DNA of 64,000 nt from Desulfuromonadales bacterium (GCA_033549025.1 JAWSUS010000014.1:20622-84621); one strand, 5' to 3'. Numbered from the stretch's first letter, positions 1-9,641 are shown. Numbers and translations are program-made. Notes: generated by a model not told the origin, from the letters alone.

Positions 1-762
1 ATGCTGGCCGTGGCCCTGGCCGAAGGGGCCTACGAGGATGTGGATCTGGCGGTGCGGGCCTTCCAGAAGGCGACCATGGCCATCAAGTATTCTCCCATCC
101 CGGTCGTGTCGGCGCCCTTCGGCCTGGCTCTTGGCGGCGGCTGTGAATTCTGTATTCACGCCGACGCCATCACCGCCCACGCCGAAACCTACATGGGGCT
201 GGTGGAAATCGGCGTCGGCCTCCTGCCCGCCGGCGGCGGCACCAAGGAGATGGCCCTGCGGGCTGCTCGGATGGCGGCGACCTATGGTACAGATGTCTCT
301 CCCTTCGTCTTCAAGTTCTTCCAGAATATCGGCATGGCCAAGGTCTCCATGAGCGCCGCCGAACTATATGAATTGGGCTACATGGATGAGGGCGACGCTA
401 TCAGCATGAACGCCGACCGTCTCATTGCCGATGCCAAGCAGAAGGTTCTGGCTCTGGCGCGCAATTACCGGCCAGGCCGCCCCGAGGAGGGGGTCAAGGC
501 GGCGGGGCGCAGCGTGGCGGCCAGTATTCGCAGTCAGCTGTGGAATCTGCAGCAGGGCGGCTTTGTCGCCCCGTACGAGGCGGAGATGGGCGGCGTTATC
601 GCCGGCATCATCACCGGCGGCGACGTCCCAGCCGGTACGCCGATCAGCGAGCAGTACCTGCTCGACCTGGAGCGCGAAGGGTTTTTGAAACTCTGTGGCA
701 ACAAAAAGACAGCGGAGCGCATTCAACACATGCTCAAAAAGGGCAAGCCGCTGCGCAACTGA
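1..762 (+). CDS. 3-hydroxyacyl-CoA dehydrogenase / enoyl-CoA hydratase (FadN-like), C-terminal part, 5' truncated by the window edge
   Basis: Crotonase motifs ALGGGCE and GLVEIGVGLLPAGGG; C-terminus RIQHMLKKGKPLRN typical of the FadN family; lies directly upstream of a thiolase. Confidence 0.9.
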   Translation: MLAVALAEGAYEDVDLAVRAFQKATMAIKYSPIPVVSAPFGLALGGGCEFCIHADAITAHAETYMGLVEIGVGLLPAGGGTKEMALRAARMAATYGTDVSPFVFKFFQNIGMAKVSMSAAELYELGYMDEGDAISMNADRLIADAKQKVLALARNYRPGRPEEGVKAAGRSVAASIRSQLWNLQQGGFVAPYEAEMGGVIAGIITGGDVPAGTPISEQYLLDLEREGFLKLCGNKKTAERIQHMLKKGKPLRN

Positions 763-818
763 GCCAGTCGCCCCTTTTTGCCAACCCGAACCAATCAAGC
801 ACGCAATTGGAGGTTTCC

Positions 819-1994
819 ATGAGAAACGCCTATATACTGGCTGCCTATAGAACCCCGGGATGCCGGGCCCACAAAGGAAAATTCAAGGACATGCGCCCGG
901 ATGACCTGGCCGCCGCCGCCATTGGCGGCCTGCTGGAGCGCACGGGCATCGAGGCGATGACCGTCGACGACGTGATTCTTGGCTGCGCCTTCCCCGAAGG
1001 GGAGCAGGGCATGAACGTGGCTCGCGTGGCTGCCATGCGGGCGGGCATGCCCTACCAGGTGCCGGCCCAGACCATCAACCGTTTCTGCTCATCGGGACTG
1101 CAGGCCATCGCCCTGGCCGCCGAGCGTATCATGGCGGGTTTTGCTGACTGTATCCTGGCTGGCGGGGTCGAATCGATGACCACGGTGCCCATGGGCGGCA
1201 ACAAGTTCAGCGCCAACCCGTCGCTGGTCAGCCAGTGGCCGGAAGCCTACGTCTCCATGGGGATTACGGCGGAGCTGGTGGCGGAAAAGTACGGGGTCTC
1301 CCGCGAAGATCAGGACGCCTTCGCCCTGGCCAGTCACCAGAAAGCCGCCCGGGCGCTGGCGGAAGGTCGCTTCACCGATGAAATCATCCCCGTCGACGTC
1401 GAGACGGCGACTTTGACCGGCAGTAAGGTGGTGAAAAACCGGGAGGCGGTCGCTGCCGACGACGGTGTGCGGGCTGACACCAGCCTTGACGGGCTGGCCC
1501 GACTCAAGCCGGCCTTCAAGGTCGGGGGGACGGTGACGGCGGGCAACGCTTCCCAGATGACCGACGGCGCCGCCAGCGTGCTCGTGGTGTCGGAGGACTA
1601 TCTGAAGAAGACGGGCAAGGAGCCCGTGGCCTGCTTCCTCTCCTTCGCTGCCCGTGGCGTGCCGCCGGAGCTCATGGGCATCGGCCCGGTGGAGGCGGTG
1701 CCCGTGGCCCTGAAGATGGCCGGTCTCAAACAGGCCGATCTGGGTCTCATCGAACTCAATGAGGCCTTCGCCGCCCAGGCTCTGGCCGTGGTTCGTGAGC
1801 TGAAGCTGAATCCCGAAATCGTCAACGTCAACGGCGGCGCCATCGCCCTCGGCCATCCGCTCGGCTGTACCGGGGCCAAGCTGACCGCCACCCTGCTGGC
1901 GGAGATGGGGCGACGTCGCGAAAAATATGGCATGGTTTCCATGTGCATCGGCGGCGGCATGGGCGCGGCCGGCATCTTCGAGCGGCTCGGCTAG
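819..1994 (+). CDS. acetyl-CoA C-acyltransferase (thiolase)
   Basis: Motifs NRFCSSG, NEAF, GHPLG and CIGGG; ATG at 819 follows a GGAGG RBS (the ORF-track start at 540 is over-extended). Confidence 0.95.
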   Translation: MRNAYILAAYRTPGCRAHKGKFKDMRPDDLAAAAIGGLLERTGIEAMTVDDVILGCAFPEGEQGMNVARVAAMRAGMPYQVPAQTINRFCSSGLQAIALAAERIMAGFADCILAGGVESMTTVPMGGNKFSANPSLVSQWPEAYVSMGITAELVAEKYGVSREDQDAFALASHQKAARALAEGRFTDEIIPVDVETATLTGSKVVKNREAVAADDGVRADTSLDGLARLKPAFKVGGTVTAGNASQMTDGAASVLVVSEDYLKKTGKEPVACFLSFAARGVPPELMGIGPVEAVPVALKMAGLKQADLGLIELNEAFAAQALAVVRELKLNPEIVNVNGGAIALGHPLGCTGAKLTATLLAEMGRRREKYGMVSMCIGGGMGAAGIFERLG

Positions 1995-2026
1995 CCGCCA
2001 GCCTGAATCCTGAAATGAGGTGACTT

Positions 2027-3808
2027 ATGACGACACGATTATTCAAGGGCGGAGAGTTTCTGGTAACCGAGGTGACGAAGGACGAGGTCTTCACCCCCGA
2101 GGACTTTACCGACGAGCAGCGGGCCATCGGTGTGACGACGGAGCAGTTCGTCGCCAACGACATCGCTCCCCATATCGAGGAGATCGACCAGCAGAACTTC
2201 GACCTGGTGGTGGAGGGGATGCGCAAGGCCGGCGAACTGGGCCTGCTCATGATCGACGCCCCGGAGGAATACGGCGGCCTGGAACTGGACAAGGCCACCA
2301 GTATGCTGGTCGGCGAAAAGATATCCTACGCCGGCTCCTTCTCGGTGGCCTACGCCGCCCATTCCGGCATCGGCACCCTGCCGCTGATCTATTACGGCAC
2401 CGCCGCCCAGAAGGAGAAATACCTGGAGAAGATCATCAGCGGCGAATGGATCGCCGCCTACTGCCTGACAGAACCCGAGTCGGGCAGCGACGCTCTCGGG
2501 GCGCGGGCCACGGCCACCCTGTCGGAGGACGGCCAATACTACCTTCTCAACGGCACCAAACAGTTCATCACCAACGGCGGTTTCGCCCAGCTCTTCACCG
2601 TCTTCGCCAAGGTGGACAAGGAGCACTTCACCGCCTTTCTGGTGGAGCGGGATTTCGACGGGCTGGTGATCGGAGCCGAAGAGAAGAAGCTCGGCATCAA
2701 GGGATCTTCCACCACCCAGATCATTCTCGACAACTGCAAGGTGCCGGTGGAAAATGTCCTCGGCGAAATCGGCAAGGGGCACAAGATTGCCTTCAACGTC
2801 CTCAATGTTGGTCGTTTCAAGCTGGGAGCCGGGGTGACCGGCGCCGCCAAGATGGCCCTGGCCGAGGGGATCCGCTACGCCAACGCGCGCAAGCAGTTCG
2901 GCAAGCCCATCGCCTCCTTCGGGGCCATACAGGAGAAGCTCGCCAACCTGACCGCCGCCACCTTCGCCTCCGAATCCCTCGTCTACCGTCTGGCCGGTCT
3001 GCTCGACAACCGCCTGGCCACCCTGGAAAAGGGGGTGGACAACTACTACGATCTCTATCAGAAGGGGATTGAGGAATACGCCACCGAGTGCGCCATCTCC
3101 AAGGTCTACTGCAGCGAGGTGCTGGCCGAGGTCGTCGATGAGGTGGTGCAGATCCACGGCGGCTACGGCTTCGTCAGCGAGTATCCGGCCGAACGCTACT
3201 ACCGGGACGAGCGCATCAACCGCATCTTCGAGGGGACCAACGAGGTTAACCGTCTGCTCATCCCCGGCATGATCCTGCGCAAAGCCATGAAGGGGGAGCT
3301 GCCCCTGCAGAAGGAAGCCATGAAGGCCTTGGAGGGCCTGATGACGCCGAGCTTCGAGGAGATCGACGACAGCCTGCCTTTTGCCCGCGAGAAGGTGCTG
3401 CTCAAGAATCTCAAGGCCGTCTTCCTGCTGCTGGCCGGCGCGGCGGTGCAGAAGTACCTCATGCGCCTGCAGGATGAGCAGGAGATTCTCACGGCCGCCG
3501 CCGATATCGCCATCGAAATTTTCGCGCTGGAGAGCGCCGTGCTGCGGGCCGAAAAGTCTCTGGCCAAAGCCAGCGACAAGCGCCAGGAGCTGCTGAACGC
3601 CGTGGTGAAGGTCTGTGCTTTCCGAACAGCGGAGGCGGTGGGGACAGCGGCCCGGCGGGGGGCCTTCTATGTGGAAGAAGGGGATACTCTGACCATGATG
3701 CTCAGTGGCATCCGCCGTTACACCCGTTATGACGCCACGGGTCTGCTGCCGGCCAAGCGGCGACTGGCCGAAGAGGCCATCAGCGCTGAAAAATATATTT
3801 TCCAGTGA
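2027..3808 (+). CDS. acyl-CoA dehydrogenase (long FadE/VLCAD type)
   Basis: Motifs YCLTEPESGSD, NGTKQFITN, QIHGGYG and IFEGTNE; C-terminal extension; 593 aa. Confidence 0.95.
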   Translation: MTTRLFKGGEFLVTEVTKDEVFTPEDFTDEQRAIGVTTEQFVANDIAPHIEEIDQQNFDLVVEGMRKAGELGLLMIDAPEEYGGLELDKATSMLVGEKISYAGSFSVAYAAHSGIGTLPLIYYGTAAQKEKYLEKIISGEWIAAYCLTEPESGSDALGARATATLSEDGQYYLLNGTKQFITNGGFAQLFTVFAKVDKEHFTAFLVERDFDGLVIGAEEKKLGIKGSSTTQIILDNCKVPVENVLGEIGKGHKIAFNVLNVGRFKLGAGVTGAAKMALAEGIRYANARKQFGKPIASFGAIQEKLANLTAATFASESLVYRLAGLLDNRLATLEKGVDNYYDLYQKGIEEYATECAISKVYCSEVLAEVVDEVVQIHGGYGFVSEYPAERYYRDERINRIFEGTNEVNRLLIPGMILRKAMKGELPLQKEAMKALEGLMTPSFEEIDDSLPFAREKVLLKNLKAVFLLLAGAAVQKYLMRLQDEQEILTAAADIAIEIFALESAVLRAEKSLAKASDKRQELLNAVVKVCAFRTAEAVGTAARRGAFYVEEGDTLTMMLSGIRRYTRYDATGLLPAKRRLAEEAISAEKYIFQ

Positions 3809-4839
3809 GCCACAGGGCCGTCATGATGCCTGCGGATGAACCCGTTTTCGCTCCGGTCACTGAACCGCCTGTTGAGGAAAGCCTGCGCAAGCACACGGTC
3901 AACACTCCCTACATGGTGGGTGAGGTCCATTTCTATGCGACGGAACTCCAGGGCGAGCCGGTATTGTTCGATACCGGCCCGCCCACGGAGGAGGGGAGAC
4001 AGGCCCTGTGCCGCAGTGTCGATCTCTCGCGGCTGCGTCATGTGTTCATTACCCATTGTCACGTGGACCACTACGGGCTGGCGGGTTTTATCGCCGAAAA
4101 CAGCGATGCCGTCATCTATGTGCCGCGCCTGGATGCGCTCAAGATGCGTCATCATGAGCAGCGCCTGACTTTCATGGAGGATGAGCTGAGACAGCTGGGT
4201 TTCGCGCCAGGCTTTGTCGACGCTTTTCGCCGGGGGCTCGAGCGCAGCGAACTCTTTCCGCGCCTGCCCAAGCGGATGGAGATCGTCGAGGAGTCGGACG
4301 TGCCGGCCCAGCTCGGTATCGGGGTGCTGGCGGCGCCGGGCCACTGCCAGAGCGACCTGGTCTATCAGGTCAATGGCTGCGCGGTGACGGGCGATATCCT
4401 GTTGCGTCACATCTTTCAGGCGCCGTTGCTCGACTTTGACCTGCAGACCCTGCAGGGGCGTTTTCCCAACTACCGGGCTTACTGCGACAGCCTCACGAAG
4501 CTGCAGGCGCTGCGCGGATTGCGCATTCGGCCCGGGCACCGGGATTATGTCGCCGGGCTGGAGGAGACGATCCTGTTCTATGTCAACAAGCTCGTCCAGC
4601 GGGCCGCCAAGGTGGCGACCTTTCCGGTCGAGCTGCCCGTGGCCCGGGTGCTGGAACGCATGCTTCCCGTCCCTGCTCCGGATCCCTTCATCGCCTACCT
4701 GAAAGCCTCGGAAGTCGTCTTCATGCGCGATTACCTGGCCGAACCCTGGCGGCTCCGGGAAGCGCTGGCGGCCTTGGGGCTGCTGGACCGGCTCAGCCAG
4801 GGTCAGGGCAGCTCAACCAATAAAGGGGAGGATTTATGA
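3805..4839 (+). CDS. MBL-fold metallo-hydrolase
   Basis: HxHxDH motif THCHVDH plus DTG, PGH, TGD and PGH motifs; alternative ATG start at 3823. Confidence 0.85.
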   Translation: MSHRAVMMPADEPVFAPVTEPPVEESLRKHTVNTPYMVGEVHFYATELQGEPVLFDTGPPTEEGRQALCRSVDLSRLRHVFITHCHVDHYGLAGFIAENSDAVIYVPRLDALKMRHHEQRLTFMEDELRQLGFAPGFVDAFRRGLERSELFPRLPKRMEIVEESDVPAQLGIGVLAAPGHCQSDLVYQVNGCAVTGDILLRHIFQAPLLDFDLQTLQGRFPNYRAYCDSLTKLQALRGLRIRPGHRDYVAGLEETILFYVNKLVQRAAKVATFPVELPVARVLERMLPVPAPDPFIAYLKASEVVFMRDYLAEPWRLREALAALGLLDRLSQGQGSSTNKGEDL

Positions 4840-5396
4840 TCGTTCGTCTGCTGCTGTCCCTGCTGCTGCTGGCGCCGCTGCCGGTCTTGGCGGTCGAAGT
4901 CGAAGGCGTCCAACTGCCGGACCGGCTGGAGGTTCAGGGAGAAACCCTGCACCACAACGGCCACGGCATCCGCAAGAAACTCTTCTTCGACATCTATATC
5001 GGCTCCCTCTATACCGCCACGCCCGTGCGCAGTCTGTCGGAAGCCCTGGCCAGTCCCGGGGCCAAGCTCATCCGCATGGACTTTCTTTACAAGAAGGTGG
5101 AAAAGGAAAAAATAATCGAGGCCTTTCGCGAGGGACTAGCCAACCAGTCCGCCGCCCTGGCCGCCGGAGAGGAGGCCCAGGCCTTTCTGGCCTGGTTCGG
5201 CCGGGATTTCGTGCGGGGTGACCGGGTGGAACTCGAACTGGGCGGCGACGGGACTGTGACGGCCCATCACAACGGCGAGCTGTTGGGGACGCTGCGCTCA
5301 CCAACTTTTGCTGAAGCGGTGCTGGGGATCTATCTGGGGGACAAGCCGGCAGATGCCCGCCTCAAGGCCGGCATGCTGCAAGGCAAAGAGCGATGA
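4836..5396 (+). CDS. exported chalcone-isomerase-fold protein (putative fatty-acid/lipid-binding)
   Basis: Signal peptide followed by NGHGIRKKLFFDIYIGSLY ... IYLGDKPADARLKAGML, typical of bacterial Chalcone_3 proteins. Confidence 0.8.
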   Translation: MIVRLLLSLLLLAPLPVLAVEVEGVQLPDRLEVQGETLHHNGHGIRKKLFFDIYIGSLYTATPVRSLSEALASPGAKLIRMDFLYKKVEKEKIIEAFREGLANQSAALAAGEEAQAFLAWFGRDFVRGDRVELELGGDGTVTAHHNGELLGTLRSPTFAEAVLGIYLGDKPADARLKAGMLQGKER

Positions 5397-5415
5397 GGCA
5401 AAAGGAGGGGATGGT

Positions 5416-6240
5416 ATGGGAAGCCTGAAAGGCAAAACTTTGTTCATCACCGGTGCCAGTCGGGGCATTGGTGCGGCTATCGCCCTGCGTGCCGCCCGTG
5501 ACGGCGCCAACATCGTCATTGCCGCCAAAAGCAGCCGGCCTCATCCCCGCCTGCCCGGCACCATCCATACCGTGGCGGCGGACATCGAGGCCGCTGGCGG
5601 CCGCGCCCTGGCGCTGCAAATGGATATTCGCGACGAACAACAGGTGGCTGCCGCGGCGGCCCAGGCGGCGGAAACCTTCGGCGGTATCGATATTCTCATC
5701 AACAATGCTTCGGCCATCTATCTGGCCGGCACCCTGCAGACGCCTCCCAAGCGTCTCGACCTCATGTTTCAGGTCAATGTGCGCGGCACCTTTCTGGCCA
5801 GTCAGGCCTGCATGCCCTACCTGCTGCAGGGGGGCAACCCCCATATCCTGAATCTGTCGCCGCCCCTCGATCTGAGCCCGCGCTGGTTCAAGGACCACAC
5901 CGCCTATACTATCAGCAAGTACGGTATGAGCCTGTGCGTGCTGGGCATGGCGGCCGAGTTTCAGGGCCAGGTGGCGGTCAACGCCCTCTGGCCGAAGACG
6001 GTCATCCACACCGCCGCGCTGGCCATGCTGGGCGGGCTGGTGCCGGCCGAGGCCTGTCGGACACCGGAGATTGTGGCGGATGCGGCTCACGCCGTGCTCT
6101 GCCGGCCGGCTCAAACCTGCAGCGGCCGTTTTTACATTGACGAGGAAGTGCTGCGAGAGGAAGGAGTAAACGATTTCGAGGGGTACGCCGTCTCACCGGG
6201 GCACCCGCTGCATACGGATCTTTTTCTGACCCCCGACTAG
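5416..6240 (+). CDS. SDR family NAD(P)-dependent oxidoreductase (HSDL2-like)
   Basis: Motifs TGASRGIG, NNASAI and YTISK (YxxxK); the HPRLPGTIH segment is typical of HSDL2-like SDRs; ATG at 5416 follows AGGAGG. Confidence 0.9.
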   Translation: MGSLKGKTLFITGASRGIGAAIALRAARDGANIVIAAKSSRPHPRLPGTIHTVAADIEAAGGRALALQMDIRDEQQVAAAAAQAAETFGGIDILINNASAIYLAGTLQTPPKRLDLMFQVNVRGTFLASQACMPYLLQGGNPHILNLSPPLDLSPRWFKDHTAYTISKYGMSLCVLGMAAEFQGQVAVNALWPKTVIHTAALAMLGGLVPAEACRTPEIVADAAHAVLCRPAQTCSGRFYIDEEVLREEGVNDFEGYAVSPGHPLHTDLFLTPD

Positions 6241-6649
6241 GTGGTCTTGCCGGCGGACTGTTCCATAGGATGCCCTGAATGCGGGCTCGGTAGTCGACAA
6301 TATCCTTGCGCAGGGAGGCGAGGCGGGAGATCTTTTCATCAACTTTGTTGATATGCAGGTCGAGCATCTCCAGCAGCTGGGGCGTGATGGTGCTGAAATC
6401 CTGGTTGTGGGTGTCGAAGTTGCGGGACAATTCCTGCATTTCCTTGAGGCTGAGCCCCAAATCCTTCATTTTGAGGATAAACTTGAGGCGCAGAATATCG
6501 TTGCGGGAATAGAGTCTGGCGCCGCCTCCCAGTCGTTCGGAGGGACCCATCAGGCCGATCTCTTCGTAGTAGCGGATGGTTCGCGTCGTGATGCCGAGGC
6601 GGATGGCGAGTTCGCCGATCTGGACCAGTTCTGTCGATGTCGTGGTCAT
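6002..6649 (-). CDS. MerR family transcriptional regulator (LiuR-like); the C-terminal tail probably results from a frameshift, with the natural end near 6237
   Basis: MerR HTH IGELAIRLGITTRTIRYYEEIGL followed by a coiled coil; ATG at 6649; beyond about 6267 the reading frame runs antisense into the SDR gene. Confidence 0.85.
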   Translation of the reverse strand: MTTTSTELVQIGELAIRLGITTRTIRYYEEIGLMGPSERLGGGARLYSRNDILRLKFILKMKDLGLSLKEMQELSRNFDTHNQDFSTITPQLLEMLDLHINKVDEKISRLASLRKDIVDYRARIQGILWNSPPARPPSRGSEKDPYAAGAPVRRRTPRNRLLLPLAALPRQCKNGRCRFEPAGRARREPHPPQSPVSDRPRPAPARPAWPARRCG

Positions 6650-6734
6650 ATTCTTCCCTTTACGTAAGGTTTTATTGATTTGATTATCACTGGTGCAAGG
6701 GGTTGTCAATCGAAAAAAATCATTTCAATGAATA

Positions 6735-6752
6735 CCTTACGTCAAAGTAAAA
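6735..6752. promoter_or_regulatory. LiuR-type operator candidate CCTTACGTCAAAGTAAAA
   Basis: Resembles the TTTACGT-WW-ACGTAAA palindrome of LiuR-type MerR regulators; lies in the AT-rich divergent intergenic region. Confidence 0.6.
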
Positions 6753-6768
6753 TCATGTTATAAAATAA

Positions 6769-6786
6769 TTTGACCTTAACGTAAAG
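6769..6786. promoter_or_regulatory. LiuR-type operator candidate TTTGACCTTAACGTAAAG overlapping a TTGACC -35 element
   Basis: Second copy of the motif, about 30 nt upstream of the Fe-S oxidoreductase start. Confidence 0.6.
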
Positions 6787-6818
6787 TCATGGTAAAGGTT
6801 TGAGCAGGAGGGCCTGCT

Positions 6819-8807
6819 ATGGAATTTACTCGGGAGATTTACTGGAATGTCGGGCAGGGAGCGCTTGTGCTTGTGCCCATGTATGCGTTGGCGCTGGCGG
6901 CGGTAGCCGTCATGCTGTGGGGGTTCTGGCAGCGTGTCCGGGTGTATCTTCAGGGACGACGCCCCGTGAACCGCACCGACGTTTTGGAAGAGCGGCTGTT
7001 GGACATGGTCCAAGGGGTGCTGCTGCAGGGCAAAGTCATGCGCGTGCCGGGAGCCGGCACGGCCCACGGCCTCTTCTTTTGGGGTTTCTTCCTGCTCTTT
7101 ATCGGGACCTGTCTTATCGTCGTGCAGGCCGACTTTACCGATCCCCTCTTCGGCGTACGCTTTCTGCAGGGCAATTTCTACAAAGGTTTCTCCCTGGTCC
7201 TCGATATGGCCGGTCTGGTCGCCCTGCTCATGCTCGGCGGCCTTTTCGTGCGGCGTTACCTGCGACGGCCCGAGGGGCTGGAAACAGGGCGGGACGACGC
7301 CATCATGCACGGGCTGCTGTTTGCCATTCTGGTCAGCGGCTTTCTCATCGAAGGCGCTCGCATGGCGGTGACGGAACTCGGCACGCCGCTGGCGGCCTGG
7401 AGCCCGGTGGGGAATGTCGTGGCGGTTTCCCTGGCGGGCCTTTCCGAGGAAACGCTGCGCGGACTGCATGTTGGTCTCTGGTGGGGGCACCTGCTGCTCG
7501 GTGTTGCTTTTATCGCTCTCATCCCCTTTACCAAGTTCCGCCACATTTTCACCACCAGCGCCAATTATCTGCTGGCCGATCGCGGTCCCCGGGGAAAGAT
7601 GGTTACCCTCGATCTGGAGGACGAGGAGGCCGAGAGTTTTGGCGTGGCCCGTGTTCCGGATTTATCCTGGAAAGATGTCTTGGACGCCGATGCCTGCACC
7701 CTGTGCAAGCGCTGTCAGGATCGCTGCCCCGCCTTTGCCACCGACAAGCCCCTGTCGCCCATGAAGATCGTCAACCAGATCGGCCAGACAGCTTTTCAAT
7801 TTCCCGAGAACGGCCTCATCGAGACGGTCTCCACCGACGCCCTCTGGGCCTGTACCACCTGCCGGGCCTGTCAGGATATCTGTCCGGCCGTCATCGAGCA
7901 TGTGCCCAAAATTCTCGACATGCGCCGCCACCTGGTGCTCATGGAAGGCGCTTTCCCCGGTGAGGAGGTGATGACCGCCGCCGAGAACACCGAGGTCAAC
8001 GGCAATCCCCTGGGCATGGCCTACGCAGCCCGCGCCGACTGGTCCGCCGACCTGGGCGTGAAGCCCCTGGCCGAAGACGCCGACGTGGATGTCCTCTATT
8101 TCGTCGGCTGCTACGCCTCTTTCGACAAGCGCAACATCGCCGTCGCCCGCAGTTTTATCCGGTTGTGCCAGGCGGCGGGCGTCAAGGTGGGTATCTTGGG
8201 CAAAGAGGAGAAGTGCTGCGGGGAGCCCTTGCGTAAGATCGGCAACGAGTATCTCTACCAGAGTCTCGCGGCGGAAAACGTGGAAACAATGCGCGGCTAC
8301 GGAGTGAAAAAAGTGGTCACCACCTGTCCCCACTGCTTCAACACCCTGGCCAAGGACTATCAGGATCTCGGTCTGGGGCTGGAGGTCGAGCACTACACGG
8401 TCTTCCTCGAACGCCTGCTGGAGAAAGGGCGTCTCAAACTGCGCCCCGAGGCTTTTGCCGCCACCTGTCACGACTCCTGCTACCTGGGGCGCTACAATGA
8501 CATCTATCAGGCGCCGCGCACGCTGCTGGCGGCGGCCGGAGGCCGCCTGGCCGAAATGTCGCATAACCAGGCGAACAGCTTCTGCTGCGGCGCCGGGGGC
8601 GGCCGTATTCTGGCCGAAGAGAATCTGGGTTCGCGCATCAACAACCGGCGAGTGTCCATGGCCGCCGACACCGGGGCGCCGTTGCTCGTCTCCAATTGCC
8701 CCTTCTGTCTGACCATGTTCGAGGACGGCGTCAAGGGGGCGGATCTGGAGGGGTCTCTGGCGACCAAAGACCTGGCTGAGATTCTGCTGGAGCGCCTGGC
8801 CCGTTGA
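6819..8807 (+). CDS. membrane-bound Fe-S oxidoreductase (FadF / ETF:menaquinone oxidoreductase type)
   Basis: N-terminal multi-TM domain with His residues, two 4Fe-4S motifs (CTLCKRCQDRCP, CTTCRACQDICP) and two CCG domains; adjacent to etfBA. Confidence 0.9.
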   Translation: MEFTREIYWNVGQGALVLVPMYALALAAVAVMLWGFWQRVRVYLQGRRPVNRTDVLEERLLDMVQGVLLQGKVMRVPGAGTAHGLFFWGFFLLFIGTCLIVVQADFTDPLFGVRFLQGNFYKGFSLVLDMAGLVALLMLGGLFVRRYLRRPEGLETGRDDAIMHGLLFAILVSGFLIEGARMAVTELGTPLAAWSPVGNVVAVSLAGLSEETLRGLHVGLWWGHLLLGVAFIALIPFTKFRHIFTTSANYLLADRGPRGKMVTLDLEDEEAESFGVARVPDLSWKDVLDADACTLCKRCQDRCPAFATDKPLSPMKIVNQIGQTAFQFPENGLIETVSTDALWACTTCRACQDICPAVIEHVPKILDMRRHLVLMEGAFPGEEVMTAAENTEVNGNPLGMAYAARADWSADLGVKPLAEDADVDVLYFVGCYASFDKRNIAVARSFIRLCQAAGVKVGILGKEEKCCGEPLRKIGNEYLYQSLAAENVETMRGYGVKKVVTTCPHCFNTLAKDYQDLGLGLEVEHYTVFLERLLEKGRLKLRPEAFAATCHDSCYLGRYNDIYQAPRTLLAAAGGRLAEMSHNQANSFCCGAGGGRILAEENLGSRINNRRVSMAADTGAPLLVSNCPFCLTMFEDGVKGADLEGSLATKDLAEILLERLAR

Positions 8808-8867
8808 ATGAGGCGCCGAAAAAAGCCGCAATCACGTTGACCATCAATATGTAAGGGGAGGCAGCCT

Positions 8868-9641
8868 ATGAAAATCCTGGTGTGTGTCAAGCAGGTACCC
8901 GATATGGAATCGAAGTTTGCGGTGAACAGCGCCGGCACCTGGATTGACAGTTCCGACCTGGCCTGGCGCATGAACGAGTACGATGAATACGCCGTGGAGC
9001 AGGCCGTTCGACTCAAGGAGCAGGTGGGGGAGGCAGACATCACGATCTTGTCCATCGGCCCGGATCGGGTGGTGGAAACGATCAAGAAGGCTCTGGCCAT
9101 GGGGGGGGACCGGGGCATCCATGTAAAGGATGAGCTCAGTCACGACAAGGACCCTTTCCAGATCGCTACCATCATCGCCGGCCTGGCACGGGAGCAAAAC
9201 TTCGATGTGCTCTTCTTCGGCATGCAGTCGCAGGATCGGGGCTCGGCCCAGGTCGGCGTGCTGGTCGGCGACATGCTGAAAATGGCGGTAGTGACCACCG
9301 TTGTCGAGTTCGCCTTCGAGGACGGCCGCATCACGGTCAAGCGGGAACTGGAAGGCGGTAAGCGGGCCAAGGTGCGCCTGGGCCTGCCGGCGGCGGTGAC
9401 CTGCCAGTTGGGCCTCAACACGCCGCGCTACCCGACCCTGCCCAACATCATGAAGGCCAAGAAAAAGGAGCTGACCGTCGTCGAGGTCGCCACTTTGGAG
9501 CCGGCCGAGGCTCTGGTCCGCACCCGGGCCCTGTATCCGCCGAGCAAAAAGGGCGGTGGCCTGGTGCTCGAGGGAGACACGGCCGAACTGGCCGACAAGC
9601 TGGTGGGGATTCTCAAGGAAAAGACCACAGTTCTCAAATAG
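8868..9641 (+). CDS. etfB: electron transfer flavoprotein subunit beta
   Basis: Motifs MKILVCVKQVPD, NEYDEYAVEQA and PRYPTLPNIMKAKKK. Confidence 0.95.
   Translation: MKILVCVKQVPDMESKFAVNSAGTWIDSSDLAWRMNEYDEYAVEQAVRLKEQVGEADITILSIGPDRVVETIKKALAMGGDRGIHVKDELSHDKDPFQIATIIAGLAREQNFDVLFFGMQSQDRGSAQVGVLVGDMLKMAVVTTVVEFAFEDGRITVKRELEGGKRAKVRLGLPAAVTCQLGLNTPRYPTLPNIMKAKKKELTVVEVATLEPAEALVRTRALYPPSKKGGGLVLEGDTAELADKLVGILKEKTTVLK

Noticed and set aside
540..818. N-terminal extensions in the ORF track (thiolase, SDR, cheA, fliN, fliO, flhG, flgH, fliW)
   Set aside because: They overlap upstream genes or promoters; downstream starts have SD sequences or match family N-termini
8836..8856. GTTGACCATCAATATGTAAGG before etfB as another LiuR site
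   Set aside because: Half-site spacing is 3 nt too long and the match is poor
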